Shown here in pieces: positions 28,858-37,664 of a stretch of 57,020 bases of DNA. Below the pieces are notes generated by a model. The model worked only from the letters and a program-made list of their open reading frames with translations. It did no database searches and was not told the origin of the DNA. The DNA lies in contig JAOAFX010000004.1 of assembly GCA_026416055.1 (NCBI GenBank), positions 1 through 57,020 on the forward strand, in the 5' to 3' direction. A program made the position numbers and the translations under genes. The stretch's first letter is position 1. Each line of letters starts with the position of its first letter. Source of the stretch: a candidate division WOR-3 bacterium (GTDB lineage: Bacteria; Hydrothermota; Tepidihabitantia; SM23-42; JAOAFX01).

Positions 28858-29673
28858 TTATCCAAACCTTCCGGTAATATATGCCTCTGTCTTCGGATCT
28901 TTAGGATTGGTAAATAATTTAGAAGTCTGGTTGTATTCAATCAATTCTCCAAGATATAGAAATGCCGTCCAGTCCGAGACCCTTGCGGCTTGCTGCATAT
29001 TATGGGTGACAATCACAATGGTATATTTTTCTTTTAAACTCACCATCAATTCTTCTATTTTAGCAGTCGATATTGGGTCAAGGGCTGAACAGGGTTCATC
29101 AAACAGGATAATCTCGGGCTCAATGGCAAGAGTCCGGGCGATACAGAGTCGCTGCTGTTGTCCACCGGAAAGTGAGAATGCAGAATCATGTAGACGGTCG
29201 GCAACTTCATCCCATAATGCAGCAGCCTTTAAAGCCGATACAACCCGATCCTCAATTTCCCTTTTATTGGTTATCCCATGGATCCTCAGTCCAAAGGCAA
29301 GATTTTCAAATATACTTTTGGGAAATGGATTGGGTTTCTGGAAAACCATGCCCACCTTTTTCCGTAAATCATACACATCATATTCAGGGCTGTAGATATT
29401 TTCACCATCAATCCAGACTTCACCTTTTACCACTGCTGATGGTATTATGTCATTCATTCGATTCAAACATCTTATTAGAGTGCTTTTTCCACATCCAGAA
29501 GGTCCAATAATGGCGGTGATATTATTGCAGTATATCTCAAGGTTTATGTTTTTAAGGGCATGGTTCTTTTTGAAAAACACATTTAGATTCTTCACTGTTA
29601 TATTCGATTTCTCCATCCGGCTTTGAGCAGCCTTCTGTTCGGTCAATCCCTGAGAAACATTAATTTCTACCAT
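28858..29673 (-). CDS. pstB: Phosphate ABC transporter ATP-binding protein PstB
   Basis: 271 aa with Walker [10 protein letters not shown], signature LSGGQQQR and Walker B ILFDEP. The C-terminal ...[10 protein letters not shown] is typical of PstB. Confidence 0.95.
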   Translation of the reverse strand: MVEINVSQGLTEQKAAQSRMEKSNITVKNLNVFFKKNHALKNINLEIYCNNITAIIGPSGCGKSTLIRCLNRMNDIIPSAVVKGEVWIDGENIYSPEYDVYDLRKKVGMVFQKPNPFPKSIFENLAFGLRIHGITNKREIEDRVVSALKAAALWDEVADRLHDSAFSLSGGQQQRLCIARTLAIEPEIILFDEPCSALDPISTAKIEELMVSLKEKYTIVIVTHNMQQAARVSDWTAFLYLGELIEYNQTSKLFTNPKDPKTEAYITGRFG

Positions 29674-30599
29674 TGTCTCTTCTTCCTTTGCCTTATCCTT
29701 ATAATTATTGCGATTAAGTTCATGCCCAGGACAAGCATCAACAGGACAAGGGCAGAGCCATAGGCGATCGGCACCTGCTTTTCTGGATACGTACCTTCAG
29801 TCATCAATGCGTAGATATGATAGGGCAGTGCCTGAACAGGTGACATTATTGAACTCGGCAATTTCTTACTGAAAAAAGTTGCGGCAGTAAATAATATAGG
29901 GGCTGTCTCTCCAGCAGCACGGCCGATCGCCAGCACTACACCGGTCAAGATGCCAGGCAATGCTGCAGGTAAGACAATCCCCCTGATCGTCTGCCATTTT
30001 GTCGCTCCCACGCCATAGGCTGCTTCCCGAAATGAATCAGGAACTGATCTTAAAGCCTCTACAGTTGTGCTTATGATGACAGGTAAAATCATAATTCCAA
30101 GCGTGAGAGAACCGGAAAGGATTGAAACCCCAAAGCCGAAAAACTTCACAAAAACTGCCAGCCCGAATAGACCAAAGACAATAGACGGTACTCCTGCGAG
30201 ATTATTTATTCCTGTCTTTAAAATTCGCACTATGAAGTTATCCCGGGCATATTCATTCAAATATATTCCTGATAGTACACCCAGGGGGAGTGCAAAAAGA
30301 ATTGCACCCAGTGCAAGATAGAATGTTCCTAAAATCGCAGGCAAAATTCCACCAGCGGTCATTGATCTTCTGGGCATGCTGGTTAAAAATTCCCAGTTCA
30401 AAATCCGGGCACCCTGAATACTGATAAAAATGACGATGATAAATAGAAAAACTGCACTTATCAACAGTGACAGAAATAACACTATGATTCCTATATTCTG
30501 AATACGTCTCCTTTTCTCCTTCGATACACCTTTCTTCACCGAAGGACTATCCACTGGATAGTTCATAATATTTGTTATTTCACAGGCTTGATTTTCCAT
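29667..30599 (-). CDS. pstA: Phosphate ABC transporter permease PstA
   Basis: 310 aa and polytopic, with an EAA-like loop ([14 protein letters not shown]). Operon position supports the call. Confidence 0.9.
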   Translation of the reverse strand: MENQACEITNIMNYPVDSPSVKKGVSKEKRRRIQNIGIIVLFLSLLISAVFLFIIVIFISIQGARILNWEFLTSMPRRSMTAGGILPAILGTFYLALGAILFALPLGVLSGIYLNEYARDNFIVRILKTGINNLAGVPSIVFGLFGLAVFVKFFGFGVSILSGSLTLGIMILPVIISTTVEALRSVPDSFREAAYGVGATKWQTIRGIVLPAALPGILTGVVLAIGRAAGETAPILFTAATFFSKKLPSSIMSPVQALPYHIYALMTEGTYPEKQVPIAYGSALVLLMLVLGMNLIAIIIRIRQRKKRQW

Positions 30600-30601
30600 T
30601 A

Positions 30602-31495
30602 TTATTTTTCCGCAGTAAATCGTTTATGGAAGCGCTGGGAAATGTGTTGAGCAATAATGTTGAATATCATTGTCAACACGAATAACACAATTGCAATGCC
30701 GAAAAGTGCATGATAGTGTTCGCTTCCCATCACTGTTTCAGCCATCTCTGCTGCTATCGTCGCGGTCATTGTCCGGACGGGTTTTAATAATGAAAATGCA
30801 ATATTTGCAGAACCACCTGCAACCATCAAGACCGCCATCGTTTCACCGATCGCCCGCCCCAATCCAAGGATAATCCCGGTTGTAATTCCACTCGATGCCG
30901 CAGGCAGGATTATCTTAGTCATCGTTTCCCATTTTGTGGCACCCAGTGCGAGTGCCGCTTCACTGTATTCTTTTGGGATCGCAGTCAAGGCATCTTCTAC
31001 GATACTGGTGATTGTGGGAAGTATCATTATACCCAGGACTATTGCCGCAGAAAGTGCAGTAAATCCTGTAGGCAGATTGAATAAATTCTGGATAAGTGGA
31101 GCAATGAATAAAGCACCAAATAGCCCATATATTACTGATGGAATTCCTGCCAGTAATTCAATGATTGGCTTGAGTGTTTCTTTTAGCCACATTGGTGCAA
31201 CCTCGGCGATGTACAGGGCACACATAATACCAAGGGGTGTAGCAAAAATGAGCGCACCGAGCGTTACCAATACTGAGCCATATATCATAGGCAAAATTCC
31301 AAATTCTGGTTCTTCGTGGGTAGGATACCATTTCATACCGAAAAGAAAGTCTTTTAGACTTACATATTTCAGGATTGGTGTTCCCTGGGTTATCAGAACA
31401 AGCACTATTCCTGCAAGGAATACAAGAGCACTTAAAGCAATAATGAATAATACAATCTTTACTGAGGTTTCAATGATTCTACGGTTAAACTTCAT
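30602..31495 (-). CDS. pstC: Phosphate ABC transporter permease PstC
   Basis: 297 aa and polytopic, with an EAA loop (EAALALGATKWETM). Operon position supports the call. Confidence 0.9.
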   Translation of the reverse strand: MKFNRRIIETSVKIVLFIIALSALVFLAGIVLVLITQGTPILKYVSLKDFLFGMKWYPTHEEPEFGILPMIYGSVLVTLGALIFATPLGIMCALYIAEVAPMWLKETLKPIIELLAGIPSVIYGLFGALFIAPLIQNLFNLPTGFTALSAAIVLGIMILPTITSIVEDALTAIPKEYSEAALALGATKWETMTKIILPAASSGITTGIILGLGRAIGETMAVLMVAGGSANIAFSLLKPVRTMTATIAAEMAETVMGSEHYHALFGIAIVLFVLTMIFNIIAQHISQRFHKRFTAEK

Positions 31496-31516
31496 TCCCT
31501 GTAAAATTAATCATAA

Positions 31517-31583
31517 GATGGGTAGCAAATAGGGGCAACCCACCGGAATGTGGATTTTACACGCCCTATTTGCTACACCATCT
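31517..31583 (-). promoter_or_regulatory. Long intercistronic stem-loop between pstS and pstC (candidate mRNA-stability/processing element)
   Basis: GATGGGTAGCAAATAGGGGC (31517-31536) pairs with GCCCTATTTGCTACACCATC (31563-31583). This gives about 19 bp with two single-nucleotide bulges. It sits in the 108-nt pstS-pstC gap. Confidence 0.55.
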
Positions 31584-31603
31584 TCCATGAGCCGCCGATA
31601 TAT

Positions 31604-32392
31604 TTATTTGACCGGCACAAAGCCATTATCACGGACTATTTTCTGGCCTTCACCCGACAGGATAAAGTCAATGAAGGATTTTGTCAGTCCGGCCGGATTG
31701 CCGTTGGTGTACATATACAATGCGCGGGCAAGGGGATAATAACCATTCCTAACTGTCTCTTCTGAAGGGTTGACACCATTAACCTTAAGTACTTTGACCT
31801 TTTCACTTAGATAGCCAAGTCCCACATATCCAATTGCACCTGGTGTCTGTTCCACCGCCCGTGCAACCTCAAGATTAGAGGCAAGCATCAATGCTCCTTC
31901 GGTCATCTTTGTACCACCAAGAACTTTTTCATTAAATACTTCAAATGTGCCTGATGCTGCGTCTCTCGATACTACGACGATATTACCTTTACCACCGAGT
32001 GCATTCCAGCTGGTTATTTTGCCGGTATAAATTTTCTTTAAATCGGCAATAGAGATATCGTTGATTGGATTATTGGGATGGACAATTACCGCAATACCAT
32101 CCAGGGCTATGACCGTTCCCACCGGATTCACACCCCTTTCCCTTGCCTGTTTCAATTCTTTTGTCTTTATCGGTCTTGAAGAAGTTGCAATATCAGTCGC
32201 ACGGTCAATGAGTGCCGCAATACCGGTTCCAGAGCCACCACCCCGCACCATTATATCAGCATCTGGATGTTTCTCCATATAGGCCTCGGCTGCTGCCTGG
32301 GCAATCGGCAGGACAGTGGTTGAACCCTGTATATTGAGGCTCTGGGTAAAACCTAAACTTAATAATATCGATAGAACCAGTAATTTCTTCAT
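31604..32392 (-). CDS. pstS: Phosphate ABC transporter substrate-binding protein PstS
   Basis: 262 aa with a signal peptide and PBP-like motifs GSTTVLPIA and RGGGSGTGI...SSR. Confidence 0.9.
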   Translation of the reverse strand: MKKLLVLSILLSLGFTQSLNIQGSTTVLPIAQAAAEAYMEKHPDADIMVRGGGSGTGIAALIDRATDIATSSRPIKTKELKQARERGVNPVGTVIALDGIAVIVHPNNPINDISIADLKKIYTGKITSWNALGGKGNIVVVSRDAASGTFEVFNEKVLGGTKMTEGALMLASNLEVARAVEQTPGAIGYVGLGYLSEKVKVLKVNGVNPSEETVRNGYYPLARALYMYTNGNPAGLTKSFIDFILSGEGQKIVRDNGFVPVK

Positions 32393-32408
32393 AATAATCC
32401 TCCTTTTA

Positions 32409-33497
32409 TTAATAGGAACATTTTGCCTGAACCATGAATTTGTCCACAGGAACTTTTAAAGTATCTTGATATTCAGTGAGCTGATAATTCGCTTGAATCA
32501 GGAGATTATCACTTATTTTGTAATTCAACCCCAGAATTTTGATATATATGGCATCTGTTCTTGCAGCCGCAGTCGTATCTGTTACATTTTTGTCCCATAT
32601 ATCATAGCGGCCAAGGATTGAGAAATTCTTGTTAATATCAATCTGGCCGATGAATGAATACCCCACACCTTTTGTAATTTTATTATCAGGGATCTTTCCA
32701 TCTTCAGAGATAAAGTATTCACCAATCAATGATACAGGTGCATATCTTAATTGGACAACGCCTGCCATTCTATTTTCACTCAGATCAACAGAGAGGGTTT
32801 CACTATCTGCAGCACTCCAGTATTTCGCTGTTGTCTTTTCCATCCAGTAAGACCCTTTTAACATAATTCCGAAGTTCCTTAAAAAAACTGGTGGAACGAT
32901 TGAAGCATTAAAACATTTCGCCTTATTCAAATCAATCTCTGTCGGCTTGCTATAGCCAGAGCCGTTAAAGGTTTGAATTGAGATATCACCCAGCCCGTTT
33001 GGTAAATAACCATAAAATCCGAGCCCGAGATCAGCAGTATTGATTTTTTTAAGATGGTCTTCCAGTGATTTCTCAATGAGCGGATATTCCCACAAATCAG
33101 CCATTCCGAAATAGACCTTCTGCAAGCCAATCATAAATTTGGTATCAGGAAGGTATTTGCCAATATATGGAAGAGTCCAGTCAGCCTGTGCATATTTTAA
33201 TCTTACCAGCCAGTCTGAATCCTTTGTATAGCCCGCCTTCATGTTTATGTCAATCGTTCCGCTAAAAGCAACGGGTGTAGTGGTTGTCTTCCACCTTATA
33301 TAACCCCTATCAATAGAAAAAGCGTGAGGATGTTTAGTCGCTGTATCTGGTTTCATCAGGTAATCATAGGTATATCTAACCCAGAAATACCCATATACAG
33401 GTGCGTCAGCATGAACCTGGCTGATGCACAATAACATCAGGACACCAAACCCTATCCATCTCAGGTTTGGGATTTTAGATCCGGGATTCAGTCCCAT
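32409..33497 (-). CDS. Putative outer-membrane porin, possibly phosphate-selective (by context)
   Basis: 362 aa with a signal peptide (...ISQVHA/DA), beta-strand periodicity and a C-terminal aromatic residue. It lies 16 nt upstream of pstS. SD AGGAGG. The functional call is contextual only. Confidence 0.45.
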   Translation of the reverse strand: MGLNPGSKIPNLRWIGFGVLMLLCISQVHADAPVYGYFWVRYTYDYLMKPDTATKHPHAFSIDRGYIRWKTTTTPVAFSGTIDINMKAGYTKDSDWLVRLKYAQADWTLPYIGKYLPDTKFMIGLQKVYFGMADLWEYPLIEKSLEDHLKKINTADLGLGFYGYLPNGLGDISIQTFNGSGYSKPTEIDLNKAKCFNASIVPPVFLRNFGIMLKGSYWMEKTTAKYWSAADSETLSVDLSENRMAGVVQLRYAPVSLIGEYFISEDGKIPDNKITKGVGYSFIGQIDINKNFSILGRYDIWDKNVTDTTAAARTDAIYIKILGLNYKISDNLLIQANYQLTEYQDTLKVPVDKFMVQAKCSY

Positions 33498-33517
33498 AAG
33501 CCTCCTTTCACATTAAG

Positions 33518-33571
33518 ATTTTACTCTTAGAGTATTAAACCTTGATTAAGCAATTGTTAAAAGATGGTTAA
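33518..33571 (-). promoter_or_regulatory. Pho-box-like array: four TTAAYN hexamers at exact 11-bp phasing, then a TAAAAT -10, upstream of porin-pstSCAB
   Basis: Read on the minus strand: TTAACC (33566-33571), TTAACA (33555-33560), TTAATC (33544-33549), TTAATA (33533-33538). TAAAAT follows at 33518-33523. There is no TTGACA-like -35 at the expected position (TCAAGG instead). Confidence 0.5.
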
Positions 33572-33634
33572 GATGATTCTGATTATTCCGTAACTGGATT
33601 TATGGTTTTCAGTAACTTTATATCATGATTTGAT

Positions 33635-34882
33635 TTAAAAGCTGCTGGCTGACATATCAGGCAGTATTACAGTAAACCTTGAGCCTTCGCGGAGCCGGCT
33701 TTCAACTTTTATTTCTCCCTGATGTAACTGGACAATGTGTTTTACGATCGATAAACCGAGCCCTGTACCACCCTGTGCCCTGGAACGTGCCTTATCAACA
33801 GTATAAAACCTTTCAAAAATTTTGGGAATTTCCTCAGCAGGGATGCCAATGCCGGTATCGGAAACGGTGATTAGAAATTTTTTGCCTTCATACTTGATTT
33901 CTATCTCAACTTTTCCCTTCTCGGTAAATCTTATTCCATTGCTCACCAGGTTTACCAATAGCTGTTGAATAAGGAAACGATCACCACTATATAACGGGAT
34001 CTTTGCCGGTGTGTACACTAGTTGCAAACCCTTTTCCTCAGCCGACTTACGAAAGAGCATTACTATTTCATCTACCACTCCATTTAAATCAAACTTTTCA
34101 ACATCCAGTTTCCGTTCCGTTCTTTCAACATCAGAAAGGATGAGTAAATCTGAGACTATATTGACCAGTCTTTCAATATTTCCACGCAATATTTTTATAA
34201 ATTTCTTTTTATCTTTCCCATCTAAACCCCCTTCGTCAAGGACTTCAAGATATCCTTTTATTGCAGTAAGTGGTGTCCTCAATTCATGGGAAAGATTTGT
34301 AATAAATTCTGACTTTACTCTCGCTAAATTTTTTGTATCGGTTATATCACTAAACAGATAAATGAATAACTGATACTGCTCAAGAAAGAGTCGGCTAATC
34401 AGAAGATATTTACCTGTTTCTGGCTGGTGAAGTTCTATAACATCAATCTTTCCTTCTTCAGGATTTTTATTCACAAAATCTATGAAGTCCTTGTTTACCA
34501 TCAATTCCTGAATCATTTTACCAGCCTTAACAATATTTTCACCGAAAATTTCTTTTATAGACTTATTTGCCTGAATAATCTCACCACTTTTTTTAGTTAA
34601 AATCACACCTTCCTTCATCACTTCAAAGAGTATAGCAAGTACATCTCCTTTCTCACCCGAATTAACCTTTTGCTTTTCCATCTTCTCGGTGAGTTCATTC
34701 AAAATCCGGATTAGCTCAGCAAAATTACCTTTTGCTTTTCTTATTATGCGTGAAGAATAATTTTCATTCAATAATGACTTGACGTAAAGAATAATCTCTT
34801 TTAAATTTCTGTGAATAATTGCAAGATGCAATAGCAAAAAGATGACAATGAGAACTAATACTGTTAAAACAATATAGATCAT
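33635..34882 (-). CDS. phoR: Sensor histidine kinase, PhoR-like
   Basis: 415 aa: TM, PAS-like region, H-box SHELRTPLTAIKGY, N/G boxes (VSNGIRFT, DTGIGI, GGTGLGLSIV). ATGA overlap with phoB. The symbol is assigned by context. Confidence 0.75.
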   Translation of the reverse strand: MIYIVLTVLVLIVIFLLLHLAIIHRNLKEIILYVKSLLNENYSSRIIRKAKGNFAELIRILNELTEKMEKQKVNSGEKGDVLAILFEVMKEGVILTKKSGEIIQANKSIKEIFGENIVKAGKMIQELMVNKDFIDFVNKNPEEGKIDVIELHQPETGKYLLISRLFLEQYQLFIYLFSDITDTKNLARVKSEFITNLSHELRTPLTAIKGYLEVLDEGGLDGKDKKKFIKILRGNIERLVNIVSDLLILSDVERTERKLDVEKFDLNGVVDEIVMLFRKSAEEKGLQLVYTPAKIPLYSGDRFLIQQLLVNLVSNGIRFTEKGKVEIEIKYEGKKFLITVSDTGIGIPAEEIPKIFERFYTVDKARSRAQGGTGLGLSIVKHIVQLHQGEIKVESRLREGSRFTVILPDMSASSF

Positions 34883-35553
34883 TCGTTGTCTATTTTGTAA
34901 CCAAAGCCCCTGACTGTTTTTATAAATTTACCCGCAGAACCGAGTTTTTTCCTGAGATTGGTAATATGGACATCAATGTTGCGATCAAGAACCAATCTGC
35001 CAAGAACATCGAGTAAATCATCCCGGGTGAATACCCTTTTAGGATTCTTCATCAAAGTAGCGAGAACCTTAAATTCTGTAGCAGTGAGATCGAGCTTTTT
35101 ATCCTTATAGAAAACTTCGTGTTTCTTTATATCTAATGATAAATCTTCAAACCTCAAAATCTCTTCTCTCAGTGATTCTGGAGCAGAACGACGCAGGAGC
35201 GCCTTTATCCTTGCTACCAGTTCTCTGGGACTGAAGGGTTTCACAATATAGTCATCAGCACCGAGTTCAAGACCCAGAACCCTATCAACTTCTTCTCCCC
35301 TTGCCGTGAGTATAATGATTGGTAGGTTCTTGGTTTTTTCCTGCGCCCTCAACTCTTTGCAGATTTCAAATCCATCAATATCAGGAAGCATCAAATCAAG
35401 GATCAAAAGATCAGGTGGATTCTTCAGGATATGGTTTAAGCCATCATAGCCGTTGATAAATCCTTCTACTGTATATCCGTTCTTTTCGAGGTGGAGTTTT
35501 ACAAGTTCAAGAATTTCTGGAGAGTCCTCTATTATTACAATTCTATTCTTCAC
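34879..35553 (-). CDS. phoB: OmpR/PhoB-family response regulator
   Basis: 224 aa. Receiver domain with LLILDLMLPDIDG. Winged-helix C-terminus (LTATEFKVL...VRGFGYK). GTG start in a GTGA overlap with the upstream beta-CASP gene. The symbol is assigned by context. Confidence 0.75.
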   Translation of the reverse strand: MKNRIVIIEDSPEILELVKLHLEKNGYTVEGFINGYDGLNHILKNPPDLLILDLMLPDIDGFEICKELRAQEKTKNLPIIILTARGEEVDRVLGLELGADDYIVKPFSPRELVARIKALLRRSAPESLREEILRFEDLSLDIKKHEVFYKDKKLDLTATEFKVLATLMKNPKRVFTRDDLLDVLGRLVLDRNIDVHITNLRKKLGSAGKFIKTVRGFGYKIDNE

Positions 35554-36926
35554 AGCTCAACCCTTGCCATACATTCAGGGATTTCAACCGGAATTCCCAG
35601 AGCCTGTATCTTATCTTTCAATGCGACTGCCTCGGTGATTTCACCATGGATTAGATAAACCTTCTTCAAACGGCTATTTTTAATTGAATCAACAAATTCC
35701 ACAAGGTCATTGCTATCGGCATGGGCAGAAAGTCCAGCCATGAAATAGACCTTTGCCCGGACTGTAAATTTTGTATCAAAAATAAAAACTTCTTTATAAC
35801 CATCAAGAAGTTTTCTACCCAGGGTTCCTGACGCCTGGAATCCAGTCAAAATAATAATATTGTTTTCGCTTTCAATTGAATGTATGAGATGATGTAATAC
35901 CCGTCCCCCTTCACACATGCCGGAAGCGGATATGATAATCATAGGACCGGATTTATGATTTAACTCCTTTGATCTTTCCTGGTCCTTGATATAAGTTATT
36001 CCGGGAAAATCGAATGGCTCTTCTTTGATGAATCTGCTATAGGTCTCTTTATCAAAACATTCAGGGTGACGAACAAATACTTCGGTTACACTCGTTGCCA
36101 GTGGACTGTCTACATAAATCGGTATATCATTTAAAACACCATCTTCATAGAGCTGCTTTAACATGGTTATGAGAACCTGGGTCCGCTCAACTGCAAATGC
36201 GGGAATGATTATCTTACTCTTCTTTTCTCTGCCTTCAATAACGATACTTTTCAGCTCATCGGTCATCTGTTCTACTGAACTGTGAATTCTGTTTCCGTAG
36301 GTAGATTCGAGTATCAAGTAATCAATATCCCGGATAATTTCCGGGTCTTTTATTATCGGCATGTTCTTTCTGCCTAAATCGCCGCTGAATAAAACTCTTT
36401 TCCCATCAAACTCAATTAAAATCTGGGCAGAACCCAGAATATGCCCGGCATCATAGAATGTTACGAATACATCTTCAACCGGTTCAAATTGGTTATGATA
36501 ATTTATGCTGCGGAAATAGCGAATGGCCTCTTCAGCATCACTTACCGTGTAAAGAGGCTCCTTCGTTGGCAATCCGGCTTTTTTCTGTTTTTTATTAAAA
36601 TATGCGATATCATGTTCATGGAGATGGGCAGAATCTAAAAGCAATAATTCAGCAATATCACCAGTTGCGGGGGTGCAATAAATATCGCCCTTAAAATTTT
36701 TTTTAACGAGCGTGGGTAGATTGCCCGAGTGGTCAAGATGGGCATGGGAAAGTATTACACATCTTACCTCTCTTGGTTTGAAAGGAAAAGTGCGGTTTAT
36801 CCTTTCTGATTCAGCACGATGCCCCTGATAAAGACCGCATTCTATTAAAAACTTTTGTCTTTTATATTCAAACAGGTGCATTGAACCAGTCACGGTTCTG
36901 GTGGCACCAATGAAGGTTATTTCCAT
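35550..36926 (-). CDS. MBL-fold beta-CASP family ribonuclease-like protein
   Basis: 458 aa with the metallo-beta-lactamase motif SHAHLDHSG, followed by beta-CASP-like motifs (ESTYG, GFQASGTLG, SAHAD). Confidence 0.8.
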   Translation of the reverse strand: MEITFIGATRTVTGSMHLFEYKRQKFLIECGLYQGHRAESERINRTFPFKPREVRCVILSHAHLDHSGNLPTLVKKNFKGDIYCTPATGDIAELLLLDSAHLHEHDIAYFNKKQKKAGLPTKEPLYTVSDAEEAIRYFRSINYHNQFEPVEDVFVTFYDAGHILGSAQILIEFDGKRVLFSGDLGRKNMPIIKDPEIIRDIDYLILESTYGNRIHSSVEQMTDELKSIVIEGREKKSKIIIPAFAVERTQVLITMLKQLYEDGVLNDIPIYVDSPLATSVTEVFVRHPECFDKETYSRFIKEEPFDFPGITYIKDQERSKELNHKSGPMIIISASGMCEGGRVLHHLIHSIESENNIIILTGFQASGTLGRKLLDGYKEVFIFDTKFTVRAKVYFMAGLSAHADSNDLVEFVDSIKNSRLKKVYLIHGEITEAVALKDKIQALGIPVEIPECMARVEL

Positions 36927-36931
36927 AGAAA

Positions 36932-36959
36932 ATAATAGTCAAAAATTTTGGAAGGTCAA
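36932..36959 (-). promoter_or_regulatory. Candidate promoter TTGACC-N16-TATTAT, 5 nt upstream of ATG 36926 (leaderless configuration)
   Basis: Reverse complement of 36954-36959 is TTGACC and of 36932-36937 is TATTAT. No SD. Confidence 0.5.
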
Positions 36960-37058
36960 CATTCATTTATCACATTTCAATAAGCGGAGATGTTGAGAAA
37001 AATAAAAATGATGATTTTTTTGTGATTACAGAAAGCCTGCCTTGACTCCCGTTCTCCT

Positions 37059-37617
37059 TTGTTTGATATGATTAATCTGTTAACAGAAGAAATAATGGTA
37101 GTGTCGATACTCTTTATTATCGTGAACTGGGTTATCTTTCAGGATACACTTTGGGCGAGGAGGTATGATAACGGAATTGATGAGATGGATTATGGTGTTG
37201 CTACAGACAATTATGGAAATATCATCGTCGCCGGTGCAACAGTTGACGCTGCAGGAGGCACAATGCCTGGTAATTGTCTTGTGGTGAAGTATAATGCAAA
37301 TGGAAGTCTGCTCTGGACAAAGGAAGATGATGCGGGTGGCGATGAAAATTTTTCCCAATCCTGCCTTTAGCAAGATTTATCTTCATATTCCTGAAAGAAC
37401 AGATAAAGTTCAAAGCAAAATTTATGATGTCTCAGGACGGCTTTTAAAATCCTGAATATTTGAATGGATAAATGGGTTAATATCAATCTCAGGTTTAGAC
37501 CTTACACCCGACACTTATTTCATAGAAATCGAATCGAAAGATTGCAAGACAATCACTAAATTCGTCGTCATGCCTAAAAATAAAACAGGCTTGACTTCAG
37601 AAAAAAATAGGATATAA
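37059..37617 (+). pseudogene. Remnant of a secreted beta-propeller (SBBP-like) protein with T9SS-type C-terminal sorting domain; frameshifted and carrying an in-frame TGA
   Basis: Frame 0 (37059-37370) encodes a signal anchor and one SBBP-like repeat (WARRYDNG...DYGVATDNYGNIIVAGAT...VVKYNANGSLLW). Frame +1 from about 37342 encodes FPNPAFSKIYLHIPERTDKVQSKIYDVSGRLLKS, then TGA (37453-37455), then IFEWINGL...DTYFIEIESKDCKTITKFVVM. This is a typical CTD split by a stop. The whole is far shorter than intact family members. Confidence 0.5.
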
Positions 37618-37618
37618 T
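37591..37618 (+). promoter_or_regulatory. Consensus promoter TTGACT-N16-TATAAT for the EF-G paralog-lgt operon
   Basis: TTGACT at 37591-37596 and TATAAT at 37613-37618. SD AAGGAGG lies about 8 nt before ATG 37665. Confidence 0.6.
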
Positions 37619-37664
37619 CAGTAACCAGAATCATAGGCAGGTTTAATTATAAGGAGGTATCTCT

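Noticed and set aside
36927-37058. Pho-box-like phased repeats upstream of the beta-CASP-phoBR operon
   Set aside because: Only a standard TTGACC-N16-TATTAT promoter is visible. No TTAAYN hexamers with 11-bp phasing occur like those at 33533-33571.
37453-37455. In-frame TGA (and TAA at 57008-57010) as evidence of stop-codon reassignment or selenocysteine
   Set aside because: TGA and TAA terminate many well-supported genes here at family-typical lengths, including the ATGA/GTGA overlaps at 9507-9510, 17953-17956 and 35550-35553. No SECIS-like hairpin follows. A co-occurring frameshift points to pseudogenisation or assembly error.
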